A stretch of 63,961 nt of DNA, the filler included, from Reticulomyxa filosa (lineage: Eukaryota > Protista > Foraminifera): NCBI GenBank assembly GCA_000512085.1. It is 24 parts of 24 records of this genome, joined end to end, with 100 filler letters (N's around TTAATTAATTAA, not from the genome) between each part and the next. Parts side by side here need not be neighbours in the genome. Positions count along the whole stretch, not along the records: positions 23,824 to 32,039 come from ASPP01012844.1; positions 32,140 to 33,551 come from ASPP01027094.1; positions 33,652 to 34,732 come from ASPP01027390.1; positions 34,833 to 36,962 come from ASPP01018945.1; 20 more parts are not named here. One strand, written 5' to 3'. The translations under genes and the position numbers were made by a program. The notes under the pieces are model-generated. The model was given only the letters and a program-made list of their open reading frames with translations, did no database searches and was not told the origin of the DNA. Shown piece after piece: positions 24,402-37,062 of the stretch; within the stretch, counting starts at the first letter, position 1, and each line of letters begins with the position of its first letter.

Positions 24402-26177
24402 CATATGCTTATTCATAAATTAATATACATACAGAAAATGCTGGGAAAAGTGCGCTGCTGCGACACGTAATATTGGAATATGGGAGTAAAACGCAAGTAA
24501 ATGAAATGCGTGAGTTTTCGGCAAATAATGTAATCAACAGCATGGTGTCAAATATGTACAATCTGCTATCTCAATTCTCATTTTTTGAAAGTCAAAGCAA
24601 TGAGATTGATGAAGAGATTATGAACTCCATTCGCTACTTTAAAAAAAATCATTTGAAGCGATTCGATAACCCGATGTTGACGGAAGACATTTGTTTGCAT
24701 TTGGACACGTTATACGATGCACCATTCATTCAAAAAATCATTCAAAATAACAGTGATTTTTATAATCTCACACACTACTGTAAAGGTACGTTTTTTTTTT
24801 GTGTCTGCTAATGTTAACTTACATATACATACTCAATTATATGTGCATATCATATACTTGAGTATATACATATACATATATATATATATATATGTATGCA
24901 ACCATATGGTATACGGGTATATGGGATGGAAAGGTGTGAACAAGTATGGGACAAGAAATTGGTACAAATCGGACTTGGCAAATGAAGATATCTTGTGTAT
25001 CAACAACGAATCGAATGAAAGTGAAATCACATATATGGACATATGTTTGAACGATAATATGCTGAGAAGTAGACAGCAGTCTTTTGTCAAAGTCTCTTCA
25101 CAATCGAAGAGACAGTGGCTATGGCTTGGAACACACCGGCTCTTATTTCCACGGGGCGTCATTTGGCGGCATTGACAACTACTATGAGGATATGTTTTGG
25201 AATTCTATCGGCAAGCGTCAATCACAGTCACAACAAAATGTACCCCCGCCCACTTCTGGCTCTTCTTCTTCTTCTTCTCGCGACAAGGGGACGGAAGAGG
25301 AGGAAAAAAAAGAGGAACAAAAACATCCAGTTGCTGACAATGAACATAATAGCAACCAAGGAAAAATATATCGCTTTTGGGACATCTCCTCGCAATGTAA
25401 ACCAGCCAACAGAAATGCCGTTTTTCGCCACATCCCCATTTCTTGCTTCGTCTTTCTTACCTCTCCCGTTTTTTGTTACCAAGCTTCGTTTTTTTTTTTT
25501 TTTTTCCTAACTTTTATCAATTGTCATTATATTGCAAATTTTTTGCTACAAAAAACAAAAAAAAACGCAAAACAAATTCTATCTTTGTCGAAATGGATTG
25601 TTTGGGGTTTTTTTACACTCCTTCTCTATCCTTCTTGTCAAGACTGATGCATCATTTGACCACAGAACTAGAATGCAGTTGTCGCTGGAACTGTTCAAAG
25701 AGATATTTGTCGATAAAACACACTTGCAAAACAATGGCTCAATCAAAGAAGAAGACCAAAGCAATAAAAATATGCTTGCTCCAGTAATTGTGTTATTGAA
25801 CAAATGCGACTTATTTCAAAAAGATATTGCCGAAAGTGATCCTCATAGTGATAGTTTTAAGTCCTTAATTTTGTCCTTTCCTGATTATGACGGGGGCCAA
25901 TCGTATGAAGAAAGTTCGCATCTTTCTTTTTTTTTTTTTGATGAACAAAGGTTGATTGAATAGACATAATCTATCTTAATATGAGGCGTACACATGCATA
26001 CATTTTTTTTTCTGGGGGGGGGGGAAAAAGGCATTCGCTTCTTGCGCACCTTGTTCAATTCAATGAATGCAAACAAAAAAAGACCATTCCATATCTATGT
26101 ATGTTTGCTCTTTGTTTGTGCATGAAAGAAAAATGTTCTTGTAAGGACAACAGAAGGAAAATTTTTTTCAATTGAAT
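23870..26177 (+). CDS. Divergent heterotrimeric G-protein alpha-like GTPase, multi-exon
   Basis: Spliced P-loop VVLLGT(K)NAGKS, helical domain, EDIL, RFWDISSQ (G3-like), RMQLSLELFKEI, PVIVLLNKCDLF (G4) and FPDYDG. Confidence 0.75.
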
Positions 26178-26481
26178 AGGAAACCAGTGTAATGGATGCT
26201 GAAAAGACAAAATCCATTGTACATCATATTCAAACACTCATTTTTTTAAAAGGGTAAAAGCGATCGATTTTTTTATGTATAAACATGGGTTTTTGTTTGT
26301 CTTTTTTGTTTTTTTTGGGTGTATGCTTCTTGTTTTGAAATTGGTTTCATTGAATTTTTCATTTTCAACAATTAACATACATGTTACATAACAAAGTTAG
26401 GAAAAAGATGGACGTGCATGTAAACAAATAACAAAAAAATTGAAAGATACACCTTACAAATGGATAAATTAATAATATGTA

Positions 26482-26851
26482 TGGTAAATCAGTTTTCTGA
26501 GTAACACGTGAAACAGCGCACAAAAAGCGAAAAATCATGATATTGGGTTTATTGTGTGGACGTCTAAGGAAATATTACTCTTTTACACACGTCCTTTAAT
26601 TGATCGTGGAGTTCCTTAACGTGTCCTGCTTTTTTGAAAGGAAATTGTCTTCTTTGTTTACAGAGAAGACCTTTTTAAAACAAGGCAATCGCTTTTTCTT
26701 ATTGAATGTTTTATATATGATCAAAAAAAGCAATATTTTTCAAGACGTGAAAAGGGTAACACTTCTTTAGATGTCCGCACAATAAACCCAATATCATGAT
26801 TTTTCGCTTTTTGTACGCTGTTTCACGTGTTACTCAGAAAACTGATTACCA
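26482..26851. mobile_element. MITE with about 110-bp terminal inverted repeats flanked by TA
   Basis: 26482-26593 is the reverse complement of about 26744-26851, with mostly transition mismatches. TA at 26480-26481 and 26852-26853. No ORF. Confidence 0.8.
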
Positions 26852-27139
26852 TAGATTCAAATATATTGCAATGTTTAAAAACTGCATAGAAAAGAACAGT
26901 GAAAGCTAACTAAAATAAAATTCAATAAATAGATTAGTATTTATAAATGGATTTTATCCTGTAGGAATAGTGAGACGACTAAGTGTAATACGAAAGGAAC
27001 CTAGTTCAAAAAAGCAACTTCAGTAAAAGGAAATTAAATTAACAAAAATAATTTCAACACAAGAAAGGAAAACACAAAAGTGAGTTGTGTTGCGAAGAGG
27101 GTTTTAACCCACTGGTGGTCCCACCGTTCCATTAGTATT

Positions 27140-27296
27140 TGAGACTGTATAATATGGACTTACCCTACAATCTTATTATGCTATATTCATCAAGTATAGC
27201 TAAGAGGTTATTACAGTCTAGAAAAAGGAGACTGTCGTAACTCGGGACATTTGGTGACCTATATAAATATGGCAGATTGTTTCGATCACCACAAAG
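27140..27296 (+). ncRNA. Candidate two-hairpin structured RNA (H/ACA-like)
   Basis: Nested stems AGACTGTA/TACAGTCT, TCTTA/TAAGA and GCTATATT/AGTATAGC, then AGAAAA (ANANNA), a second hairpin and ACA at 27291. Folded by eye only. Confidence 0.3.
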
Positions 27297-27384
27297 TGTG
27301 CACACTTGTTACAAAAAAGGGCTGTTTTTTTTGTTGAAAATAATAAATTTATATATATTTTTCTCTTTTTTACCGCATTCAACT

Positions 27385-29288
27385 ATGTCCCTTTCGTCAT
27401 TGGTCAATAAAGCTACTGTAGACAATCGAGAGCAACCGCCAGGGTATATCCTGCAAGAATTGGCGAGCAAAACACATGCAATTGAGGACTGTCGTGCTCT
27501 TGAGGATCTCGTCTTAAGCAAGCTAGCAAAGAGCAAACCTTATGTGAAGTACAAAACCCTCAAAGTAATTAAATATCTGTGTGAATACGGTGCTCCACGT
27601 TGGAGACAGGCATGGCAAAGCCATACAGACAAAATTCGACCTTGCGCAGGTACGTACACAAAAACCAAGAAAAGGGGGGGTAGGTAAGAAAAGTAAAAAA
27701 AAAAAAGAAATTTTGAGTTGATAGCATAGCATATGAACTATATGTGGAAATAGATTTTCGTGGTCCACCAGACGCCGTATATGGCGACTCCCCATACGAA
27801 AATGTGCGACACGCAGCGAAAGAAGCAATGACAGCGATATTTTCGTCGACGCAGAAAGACTCGAGTATGTTGCGCCCGCGAATCGAAGGAAAGGGTTCCC
27901 CAGCGATGTTCAATAGTGGGACACAAGGGATAACGAACATTGAGCCCAGCAATAGCAGCAGCAACAATACGAATTGGGCGACAACGACATCGAGCGCGAA
28001 GCCGCACCCGTTTCAGTTTCATAAGCAGAAGCCACCATATGTAAGCCCGAACACATTTACGACCGAGTACCCCCACGCCCAGATGCCAGTGAACAAGAAT
28101 GTGAGTCGATCAAATCAGAAGCGACGAAAGAACCAAGTTGGTGGCGATTGGGAAGGTGGTGGTCAGCAAGGCAAGGAAGGGAGCCAGAACAGACCTGAAG
28201 ACCACGGTAGCGATGTGGAATCGACACCGGACGAACAATATCCAAAGACCAATAATAAGACTTTTGGATCTGCCTATCAAACTACCGTATCCGATGGGTC
28301 ATTCGAACAGCAATGGGTGAATTCTATTATCACTGCTGTTGGTATTGCTGACAATATTCCCGATTTGAAACAACGGGTGCAGCAATTCCATAACTTGTCC
28401 CAGTCTCATGTTCTTGAACACTTGGACGAAAAGCTGGGCGATCACAAGTCTTGGCAGGCGCAAGCAAAGGCACTGTCGCTGATGGAAGGACTTCTTGATG
28501 ATGCGTCCGCTGCTCCCATTGTTGTCGAATATTTTCGTGCCAGTCCTGAGAACTTGCAAGCGTTGATCAATTCCAAAAAAATCACTTTGAAAAAAAAAGC
28601 CACGACGGTCGCTCATAAAGTGGGATTGGAGACCACCAATCTCGAACCATCCAACGCTCAGAAAACAACTGCTGTCACACACGGGTCGACGTCCGTCAAA
28701 GATGATGTCCTGAACTTGGACGACTGGCTGCACACTGAAAATACACCGCAAACGCGTGCCGATGAAAAACAAGATGAAAGTGAAAACATGTTTGTTGGGT
28801 TGGGAATTGTCAACGAGAAACCTAAACCAACTCCTAGTATTGGTGCTGACGAATTCTTCCCTGGACTTGATTTTGGCACCACTACCACTACCACTACCAC
28901 TACAAACTCGACCAATGGTATTAACAACAGTACTAATGGCATCAACGTAACCAGTAAAACCAATACTGTCAATACCATTAATACCGTCAAACCTATCAAT
29001 TTTATTACTACAACTAGTAAAACCAATTCCATTCTTACTACAACTTCTAATGACAACTCCTCCGCTAGTATCAACGCTTTTGCAAGTCTTCTCTCTCAAC
29101 CGCAAAACACTATTCCACCAGCCACTTTTGGCCGCACCTTAAATATTACCCCCAGCGCGAGCAGGTCGTTTATTGATGACCCCTTTGCCAATCTCACGTC
29201 ACAGTCCATTCAACCACAAACCACGAAAAGCAAGAAACCGGATAAAGACCCTTTTGCAGATTTGGCCTTGGGCTCTCTCAAATTTTAA
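27385..29288 (+). CDS. TEPSIN: Tepsin (AP-4 accessory ENTH-domain protein), 2 exons
   Basis: KATVDNREQPPGYILQEL, PYVKYKTLKVIKYLC and FRGPPDAVYGDSPYENVRHAAKEA (tepsin ENTH). Second VHS/ENTH-like domain LDEKL..SWQAQAKAL. DPF motifs in the tail. Intron 27650-27753. Confidence 0.85.
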
Positions 29289-31068
29289 AAACTTATCAGC
29301 ATATTGCAATATTTATGTGTGAGTGGTCTTGTTTTTGTCTGTTTTGTTCTTCTCAAACTGTGTAAAACAAGCTGCCAACGAAGAATTTTGTTTGTCGTTT
29401 GTTCAAGAGTGTGTCTCAGTCAGCTTAAGTCAATTTTTTCTTTGCATTTACCAGATAATGGCTTCAATAACTCGGAAGGATAATTTGAAACGTTGCAATA
29501 ATCATAGCTAAATAATTTATTGATTCGAATAAAATTAATTTTTAATTGTCGAATTCATTGTAAGATTTGTAACAAAAATCAAACAAACAAATGTTATATC
29601 GAAAAAAAAGACAGCGATATTACTTTTTTTGCAACCACAAGCACTTAGCGGATCCCCTTGTAACTCCTTGGAGCCATCCCAAACATGCCTGGGTCATCAT
29701 TCCAAGCACTTACGACTACATAGCACTGGGTATTATCCCAATCATACCGAGCATTTCCTTTTTCAAAGAAAAGTCTTACAAAATTTCGCAGTTACTGCAG
29801 ACAACCCAACACGCAAGAATAGCGGATTGTGATGTGAAAAAGATGTTGTTACAGGAGTGGGCGCAACAAAAGTATCAGATCTGTTTTTTTAAAAAACTTT
29901 TGTTCTCAAACGTTATCAAATTTTGACTTTATGAATTATTGTGTCAGAAATTTGTGAACAACCCCATTTTAATAAATATTTAAAGCAGTTGAAAAATGAA
30001 TGGCTACTGTAAAAAGCAAGAATGCATGACCTTTTAAGAGAGGAAAAAATATAATAACTGACTAGATTATATGCAAAAGTTAAGAGGAATAGAACAGCTA
30101 CTTTTACGCTGTACTTTGTCACCGTTCGTAAAGCAAGAAAAGTTCAGGTGGTCGAATTTGATCTGGATTTCCAATACACATCATCAATATCCATCACTTA
30201 GCAATCAATAAATTAAACGTAAGTATTAATATCAAATTTTGATGCGTAATGAGCATTAGCGCGTTTGAAGTATAGAATCGTCACATTGAAAACATCTCAG
30301 GCTAAAGTAAAACAGATTGTAAACATCGTTGCACAAGCAGATTTTTTAATCCCAATTACATTTAAATGCACAATTAATCTCAGTACTTGCCAATTTTGTT
30401 GTTCACATGACGTTCATTGCAAAACCTATAAGAACGTTTTTTTTAAAATATTTGCACGGAAAAATGAAAACGGAACACGCATACCAAATACATAAACAAA
30501 GAAGTGCAGCATTGTACAAAAAAAATCAATTACTTTGCCAGTGGGCAGTGATGAAATCTCACTCAAATTCTAAATGTTGTGTTCTAACGGTATTTAGTTA
30601 GCGTTTTTTTTTATAGATGCAGAGTACGTATATTCTTTCTCATATACGACCAATGTTAAAAGTAGCTGTGTTCCATGTTCTTAATTTTTGATAATTCGGA
30701 TTGCTATTTTTATGGATTTGAGCCATTGTCTTTTTTGAAAAGTTAGTGTTAACTGCAAATCACACAGCAACAATCGTTTCTACAAAAAAATTACGAAAGA
30801 ACCGTTTCATCCAAAGCGTACGTTTTTCAGACGATATAAGAAACAAACAACTATGTTTCAACCTCAAAAGCGACACACAACAAAACGAAGAACACGAAAC
30901 AATACAAGCCAATATTTCTCTTCAGTCAAGACCTTGTGCATAATTGAAGAGAAAACACCAAAAAAAAGCCTTGTTTATCGATTGTGGTTGATGTTAATTA
31001 AAATACTACCGTAAATACTCATCAACACAACAATAGAGTTGTCTTGCCGAGTACAAAAACGCAAACAA

Positions 31069-32010
31069 TTAGCTTGGTTTGGATTGCTGGGTCAACATTA
31101 TACTAGGTGGTGGAGTTTTTTTCAGCGCAACACCAGACGTTGTTTTGGACCGAGACACTTTCAAATGTTTGTCAAGTCCAAAGTTGGCATTATCAGCTGG
31201 GAGTTTGAAATGAAAAGCATCACAGCGCAAACCAAATTTTTTGAAATAATCCTCCCAGCGTTGAATGGCATCGATATTGAACGACATGATTGTCGCTGAC
31301 ATAACAGATACAAAAGCGCCAGTAAATACCAAAATGATTATCCACATCTTTATTGTATTATGTGTGGATATTTTGAGGGAGGGGGAAAGGAAATCAAATC
31401 GATACGTATATATCAAAAAAGAAAGTATATTGAAGTAGTATTTTGTAATGTTGTAAATCAAGGTCCAATTTTGTTGCTTCACTTAACTGGTTCAGCAAAC
31501 GCTTTACTGTAACATAAGTCGATATCATCAGCAAAGCCTGCAATAAAAAGCCTGATCGCACTATAACGGTAACAAAAAAAAGCCATTTTTTTTTTTTTTT
31601 GTTGGGGTTCATTGAACGTCCTCATTTTGGGCTGATTGACAGAAAGACAAGCAGAAGAAAAAAAACCAAAGAAAACACAAACCAATAAATGCGTTGTTGA
31701 ACTCCATGATCGATTTTATCCCAGTTAACCCAGGAATGGAATGCGTAAGCAAGCATCCAAACCCAACCAAATGTAGTTGCAAAAAAAAACTGTCCCAAAC
31801 GGACACATAAATGCCTCATTTCATACGCGACCAAATCACTGTCGATTGAAGCTCTTAACAGCAACCAAGCAATCAAAGGCGCGCATAGCGTTATCACGAC
31901 AGTCGGAATTAATACTGGAAGGATCACATACACTATTATAGCTGACGGAGTGGTCATGGATACGTAGCACACTATATCCAATGTAACATACCCTCCTTGC
32001 AATATTATGT
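31069..32010 (-). CDS. C-terminal half of a multi-pass (7TM receptor-like) membrane protein, 5' truncated
   Basis: Successive hydrophobic helices across exons followed by a polar cytoplasmic tail. Confidence 0.4.
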
Positions 32011-32139
32011 ATACTTGGTTATCCCCAAAAAAAAAAAAANNNNNNNNNNNNNNNNNNNNNNNNNNNNNNNNNNNNNNNNNNNNTTAATTAATTAANNNNN
32101 NNNNNNNNNNNNNNNNNNNNNNNNNNNNNNNNNNNNNNN

Positions 32140-33020
32140 AGAGAGCAGCTCCGAGGCAAACGAGAAATCAAATCCACGCTATTGCGACTTGAAAAACGAC
32201 CTGGTGTCTGTGAAAAAGCTAGTATCCGGCAGCTACATTAATCTGTTGCTCGTGGTTGTCCCGTTTGGTTTTATCAGCCATTATTTGGATTGGTCCCAAC
32301 TTTGATATTCTTCTTTAATTTTTTTGCAATGATACCGTTGGCAAGATTTTGGGTGACTCAATGTAAAAAGACCACTTCAACGACAACAAAGGACTCCCTT
32401 TTTTAAAAAAAAGAAACAATACAATATTAAAAAAACTGAAAACTATGTCTGTGTATGCTATTGAACAGCGAATGTTTGGCAGAACATGTGAGTTGTTTAT
32501 TTTTTTTTTTTTAGCGAAGGAAGAAAATGAGTGGGATGAAAAAGGGTGAGGTTAGCAAGAAATATTAAAAATTTTATTAAAAAAAAAAAGCTTGGAGAAA
32601 CTATTGGCAGTTTGTTAAATGCAACTTTCGGAAACGCTGTTGAAGTTTAATAAAAACAACAACACAAAATTGACATTATCGATATGGATTATAACAATAC
32701 GTATACATTTTTAAAATTTTTTATAAAAAAAAACAACTTGTAAAAATAAAAAAAAAGATTGTGATGATGATATTGGCCCTGGTGAAAGCAAAGAATTTTC
32801 AAAATAATAACGAAACGGACAATCGCGACACGTTAGTCCATGTGGTTCAACTCTCGCTAATTGGCAGTATATTCAGTAACTCGTTGCTAGTTTTCGGATG
32901 CGCATTTTTAGCGGCCGGATACAAACAAGACGCCACGCTCAATATTGCTGCCACAAGTGCCAACGTCTCCTTGTTGCTATTGGCCTCGTTTGTTATGATA
33001 CTATCTGCCCCTTATGATGG
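32140..33020 (+). pseudogene. Ca2+/H+ antiporter (CAX/VCX1 family), N-terminal half, frameshifted
   Basis: YINLLLVVVPFG, FFAMIPLA, LGETIGSLLNATFGNAVE (alpha-1 repeat) and VVQLSLIGSIFSNSLLVFGCAFLAAG. 1-nt deletions near 32300 and 32344. No second half follows. Confidence 0.8.
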
Positions 33021-35689
33021 TCTGTTTCTCTTATGTTGCTCCAACACAAACTTTTTTTTTCTTTTTTTTTGCAAAGGGAAGGAAAGTAATGTAGGATTTT
33101 GTTTGACCCCTTTTTTTGTTATTTGCTTTTCAACTTTTAATTATTGGCCATTGATAATATCTTGAGCACTATTGCGAATAATTTTAAAATTGAATTTGAA
33201 GTACACTTTTTTTCAAATTAAACGAAAACTTTGTGAGTTATCCTTTTGTTTGCTTAGTTGTTACTAGTTATTAAGAAACAAAAAAAATTGAAAAAAGTTC
33301 TTTGTCTCCTCACATTTTTTTAAAGTGGTGATGCTTTGCACAATTCAAAAAGACATATTACAAGTATACGCAACAATAACATTGAGGACCATGACAAGAC
33401 AAAATGGATTTGCGTTTGCAATACTGAATGTCTGAGTTTTTTTAGTCTTCATAAAAAATAAAGAAGTATTCCACTCGAATTTGCACCAAGTTTTTTTTTG
33501 GAGTAATTTTTTTGAGGATAAAATTTTTTTTATTTTTGGAGAGAGGTAGATNNNNNNNNNNNNNNNNNNNNNNNNNNNNNNNNNNNNNNNNNNNNTTAAT
33601 TAATTAANNNNNNNNNNNNNNNNNNNNNNNNNNNNNNNNNNNNNNNNNNNNAACCATTCAACATGGTGTCACAGGCCAACAGCATCAAGCAATTTCCGCA
33701 ACGCAAGATCACTGTTCAACGCCAATTGCGAGATTTGACCAAGGCCTTTTGAATTCAACTATCCCTTCCATCGAAAAATCGACGATATGGTCAGATGCGC
33801 GAGTTGAGCACGACACTGAATACCCTTCCCCCCCCCCCCTCCTCTAATGTGCCACCTGCGACGCAAAAAGCCTCGGCCGTGGACACAGGTGACATTGGCA
33901 AAATTTGTGTTTGTTGGGGTCGGTCAGCTTTGGTGACGGAGTAAATGTTTCGCTTTTTGTTGGATAATGTTCGTCCAATGGTCACATGCTTGCTTTGAAT
34001 CCGTGAAAGAGAATGTGAAAAGCGACAAGCGACGGAAGTCAGTGGAATTGAAAACCCCTTCAATAAAGATGGACTAAAGTCCGTCCAAATATATCAAAGA
34101 ATGTATCCTGATTTGCCATCCAAACACATCACATAAAAAAAAACATCCATTTTACGATGACCGGTCCAGTCATAACTAGTATTGCAAAGTATTTGCAATA
34201 TCTCTCGCGACATACTGATGAAGAGATTTTTACAGCAACGAGTTAAACACTTTGTTTTCAAAAATATCGCATTTTTTTTTTTTGGTCGTCACAGCGTATA
34301 CATCCTTTGTTTTAGTTGGGAATGACTAAGATGTGAAAGTGATCAGCACAATGCACAAAAAATGTTCAGTATTATTTGTGAATATTATTGCTATTTGGAC
34401 ACACACACGTCACATTTCAAAATTCGAGTATCACACCACATCGAATCACATACCGATCCATGTGATATACTGCCATGTCGTCGACCGCATTTAGCGTGGT
34501 CAATCGCCAACTGTGGAGGGAAACTAAAAAAAGAATGATCTAGATGGATGGTAATGGAAAATCAAGAAAAAAATATGAATTGAGTTGTTGGCGACTGGAA
34601 CATGCACTTTGAATGGTGTTGATGCACTTGGCAAAGACAATACCAAAAAAAATAAATAAATAAAGTGACACATCTGTCGAGAAAACATATTGAAAAGAAA
34701 TTAAAACGCGTGCCACCAGGACAATACGAACANNNNNNNNNNNNNNNNNNNNNNNNNNNNNNNNNNNNNNNNNNNNTTAATTAATTAANNNNNNNNNNNN
34801 NNNNNNNNNNNNNNNNNNNNNNNNNNNNNNNNCAGCCTTTTATTGATAGACTCCAAAAAAAAATGGAGTATTTTTTTTACACTTTCAATCAAAAGTAGAG
34901 TGAAAAAAACTTCAAGAAAAAAAACTACATTGATTTCCTAGATCGCTTTTGATTATTTATTTGGAAGGTTATTATAATTGAGGACAAATTTATTAATTTG
35001 CAATTTGAATTATTTTATAACTATCATTGAACTATGTAATGTTTCTTGAATGTATTAGGATGCAGAAGTAGAAACAATTCAACATGAAATATTTCACAAA
35101 AATGTTTTTTGTTTTTTTTATAATATTCATTCTAAACTTGTTTGTGTAAAATGAATGTCGACTCAAGTTCACTGCAGCCGTTGAGATATCCGCAGTTTAC
35201 GCGCAAAAACGCATTTAAACAGCAGTTGGAACAGACTATTGAATGGTTTCATTTGAAAATTTTTAATATAATGGACGAAATTAGCAATGACTTTATGTCG
35301 AAAGCATCTATCAAAAAATAAGTAAAAATCCAGATGCCGTTGTGAATTTATGATTAATTATCGGTCGTTCATTGCAACTGTCGTTGATTAGAATATCTTG
35401 GTGTTTATGGATGTCCACCATCGAGTAGAAAGCAATATGGCGAGGAGTGGTTTATTATTTTTTGCAAAAGGAGCAGGAAAATATCGACGAATAAGAAAAC
35501 GAAGATTATACGGTCACAGAATTTGTAGAGACCAAAGAATTGAAGTGAAAAAAGAAAAATTTCTCTTTATTCTTATTACTGTTTTCTCTCTATGGCATTA
35601 GCATTGACATTTATATTGGTATTTGCACTTGCTTTTTTTTGGCACCTTTGTTTTTGCTATTCTTTTCGTCGACAGTTGTGTCATTGCAT

Positions 35690-36600
35690 TATCTTTCATC
35701 GCTTCTCCCTCTTGTCCTCTTCCTTAAAGCAATGATCTTCTTCTACTCGGGCGCGCTCATCATCGACACCAACTCTTATTTGCGCGTTGGGATAAGCTTC
35801 TTCGTTTCCATCTGCTCGATCTACTCGAAGCAGCAACTTGGAGCAAGCCACTGCGTCTCGAGGAATAAGATCACAGTTTGGCGAATGAAATGCAGCATGT
35901 CCACGTTGATATCGAGAAAATTGAATATGTCCAGTGCGCACAGCACAAGCTTTAAAAATATTTATATACATATATATATGTATATGTATATATCATTTTG
36001 TACGTGCTGATACGAGAAACAAAAGGCAAATAAGACTGTTCCAATACTTGTTCATGTTCCTTCAGCAACTGCGTCAAATCATGTGTATTCAATAGATACT
36101 GTGGTAGATGACTAATTCGTGTTTTGATACATGATAGAACTACTATTTAGTTTCCGCTGATTCAAATGACTCTAACTTTGATCAAATGTGTGGTCAATTT
36201 TGAAGTCTTTTTCGTCGTTGTGTATAGAAGACGACGACAACACATAGTAACTGCACACAATACTGCTACCTTTCATGATAGTGACACGTGCATTTTGCGC
36301 GGTGATGATCCACACGATTATCGGCAGACTGTCCTGGATAACGTCGTGTGCAATGTGCACATGCGTGTAGACGGCGAACAGTGTCTTGAGCAGTTGGGCC
36401 GAGAGGCTGCATGTTGAACATCCATCGAACAGCTGGTCCATGTAATGCCACATGTCATTGCCAATGGCATAAGCGAACATGTAGATGCACTTGATCGCAG
36501 GTTCGAACATTTTGCGAATGGTTATCGTCAGCACTGGTGCAATAGTCGTGTCCAACGTAGGTCGGTCACATTTCCATCAACTAGCACTGATCCGTCTTGT
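35690..36600 (-). pseudogene. Degraded membrane-protein gene remnant
   Basis: Hydrophobic, coding-like frames interrupted by several TAG/TAA codons and frameshifts. Confidence 0.25.
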
Positions 36601-37062
36601 GGCTTGTAGTCGTGAATATTTATTGACTACTGTTTATGTCTGCAGTTTGAATCGATACTTTCTAAACCTTAATGATGGACAAAACAGAATTTGCAACTAC
36701 TTTTTTTTACATCGACACATTCCTTTATCTCAGACATATCTTATGCATCCTATTCTTGGACTAGCCCAACCTACAAAAGTAAAAAAAATGAAAAAGCACA
36801 TTTAACAAAAAATTTCTTAACTTACTTGAACTTAAAGAATGACATCTTCTAAAATAAAAAATACCTTTTGCCATGATCAATCAACAAATGTTAAGCGCCA
36901 TGATACAACAAATAAGTTTAGATTTAAGAACTTCAACACAAAAATCATATACATTTGTTGATNNNNNNNNNNNNNNNNNNNNNNNNNNNNNNNNNNNNNN
37001 NNNNNNTTAATTAATTAANNNNNNNNNNNNNNNNNNNNNNNNNNNNNNNNNNNNNNNNNNNN

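Noticed and set aside
26985-27001. GTAATACGAAAGGAACC resembling the LSU rRNA sarcin-ricin loop, and TACAGAGAAGA at 26659 resembling U6
   Set aside because: Short isolated matches with no flanking rRNA or snRNA similarity.
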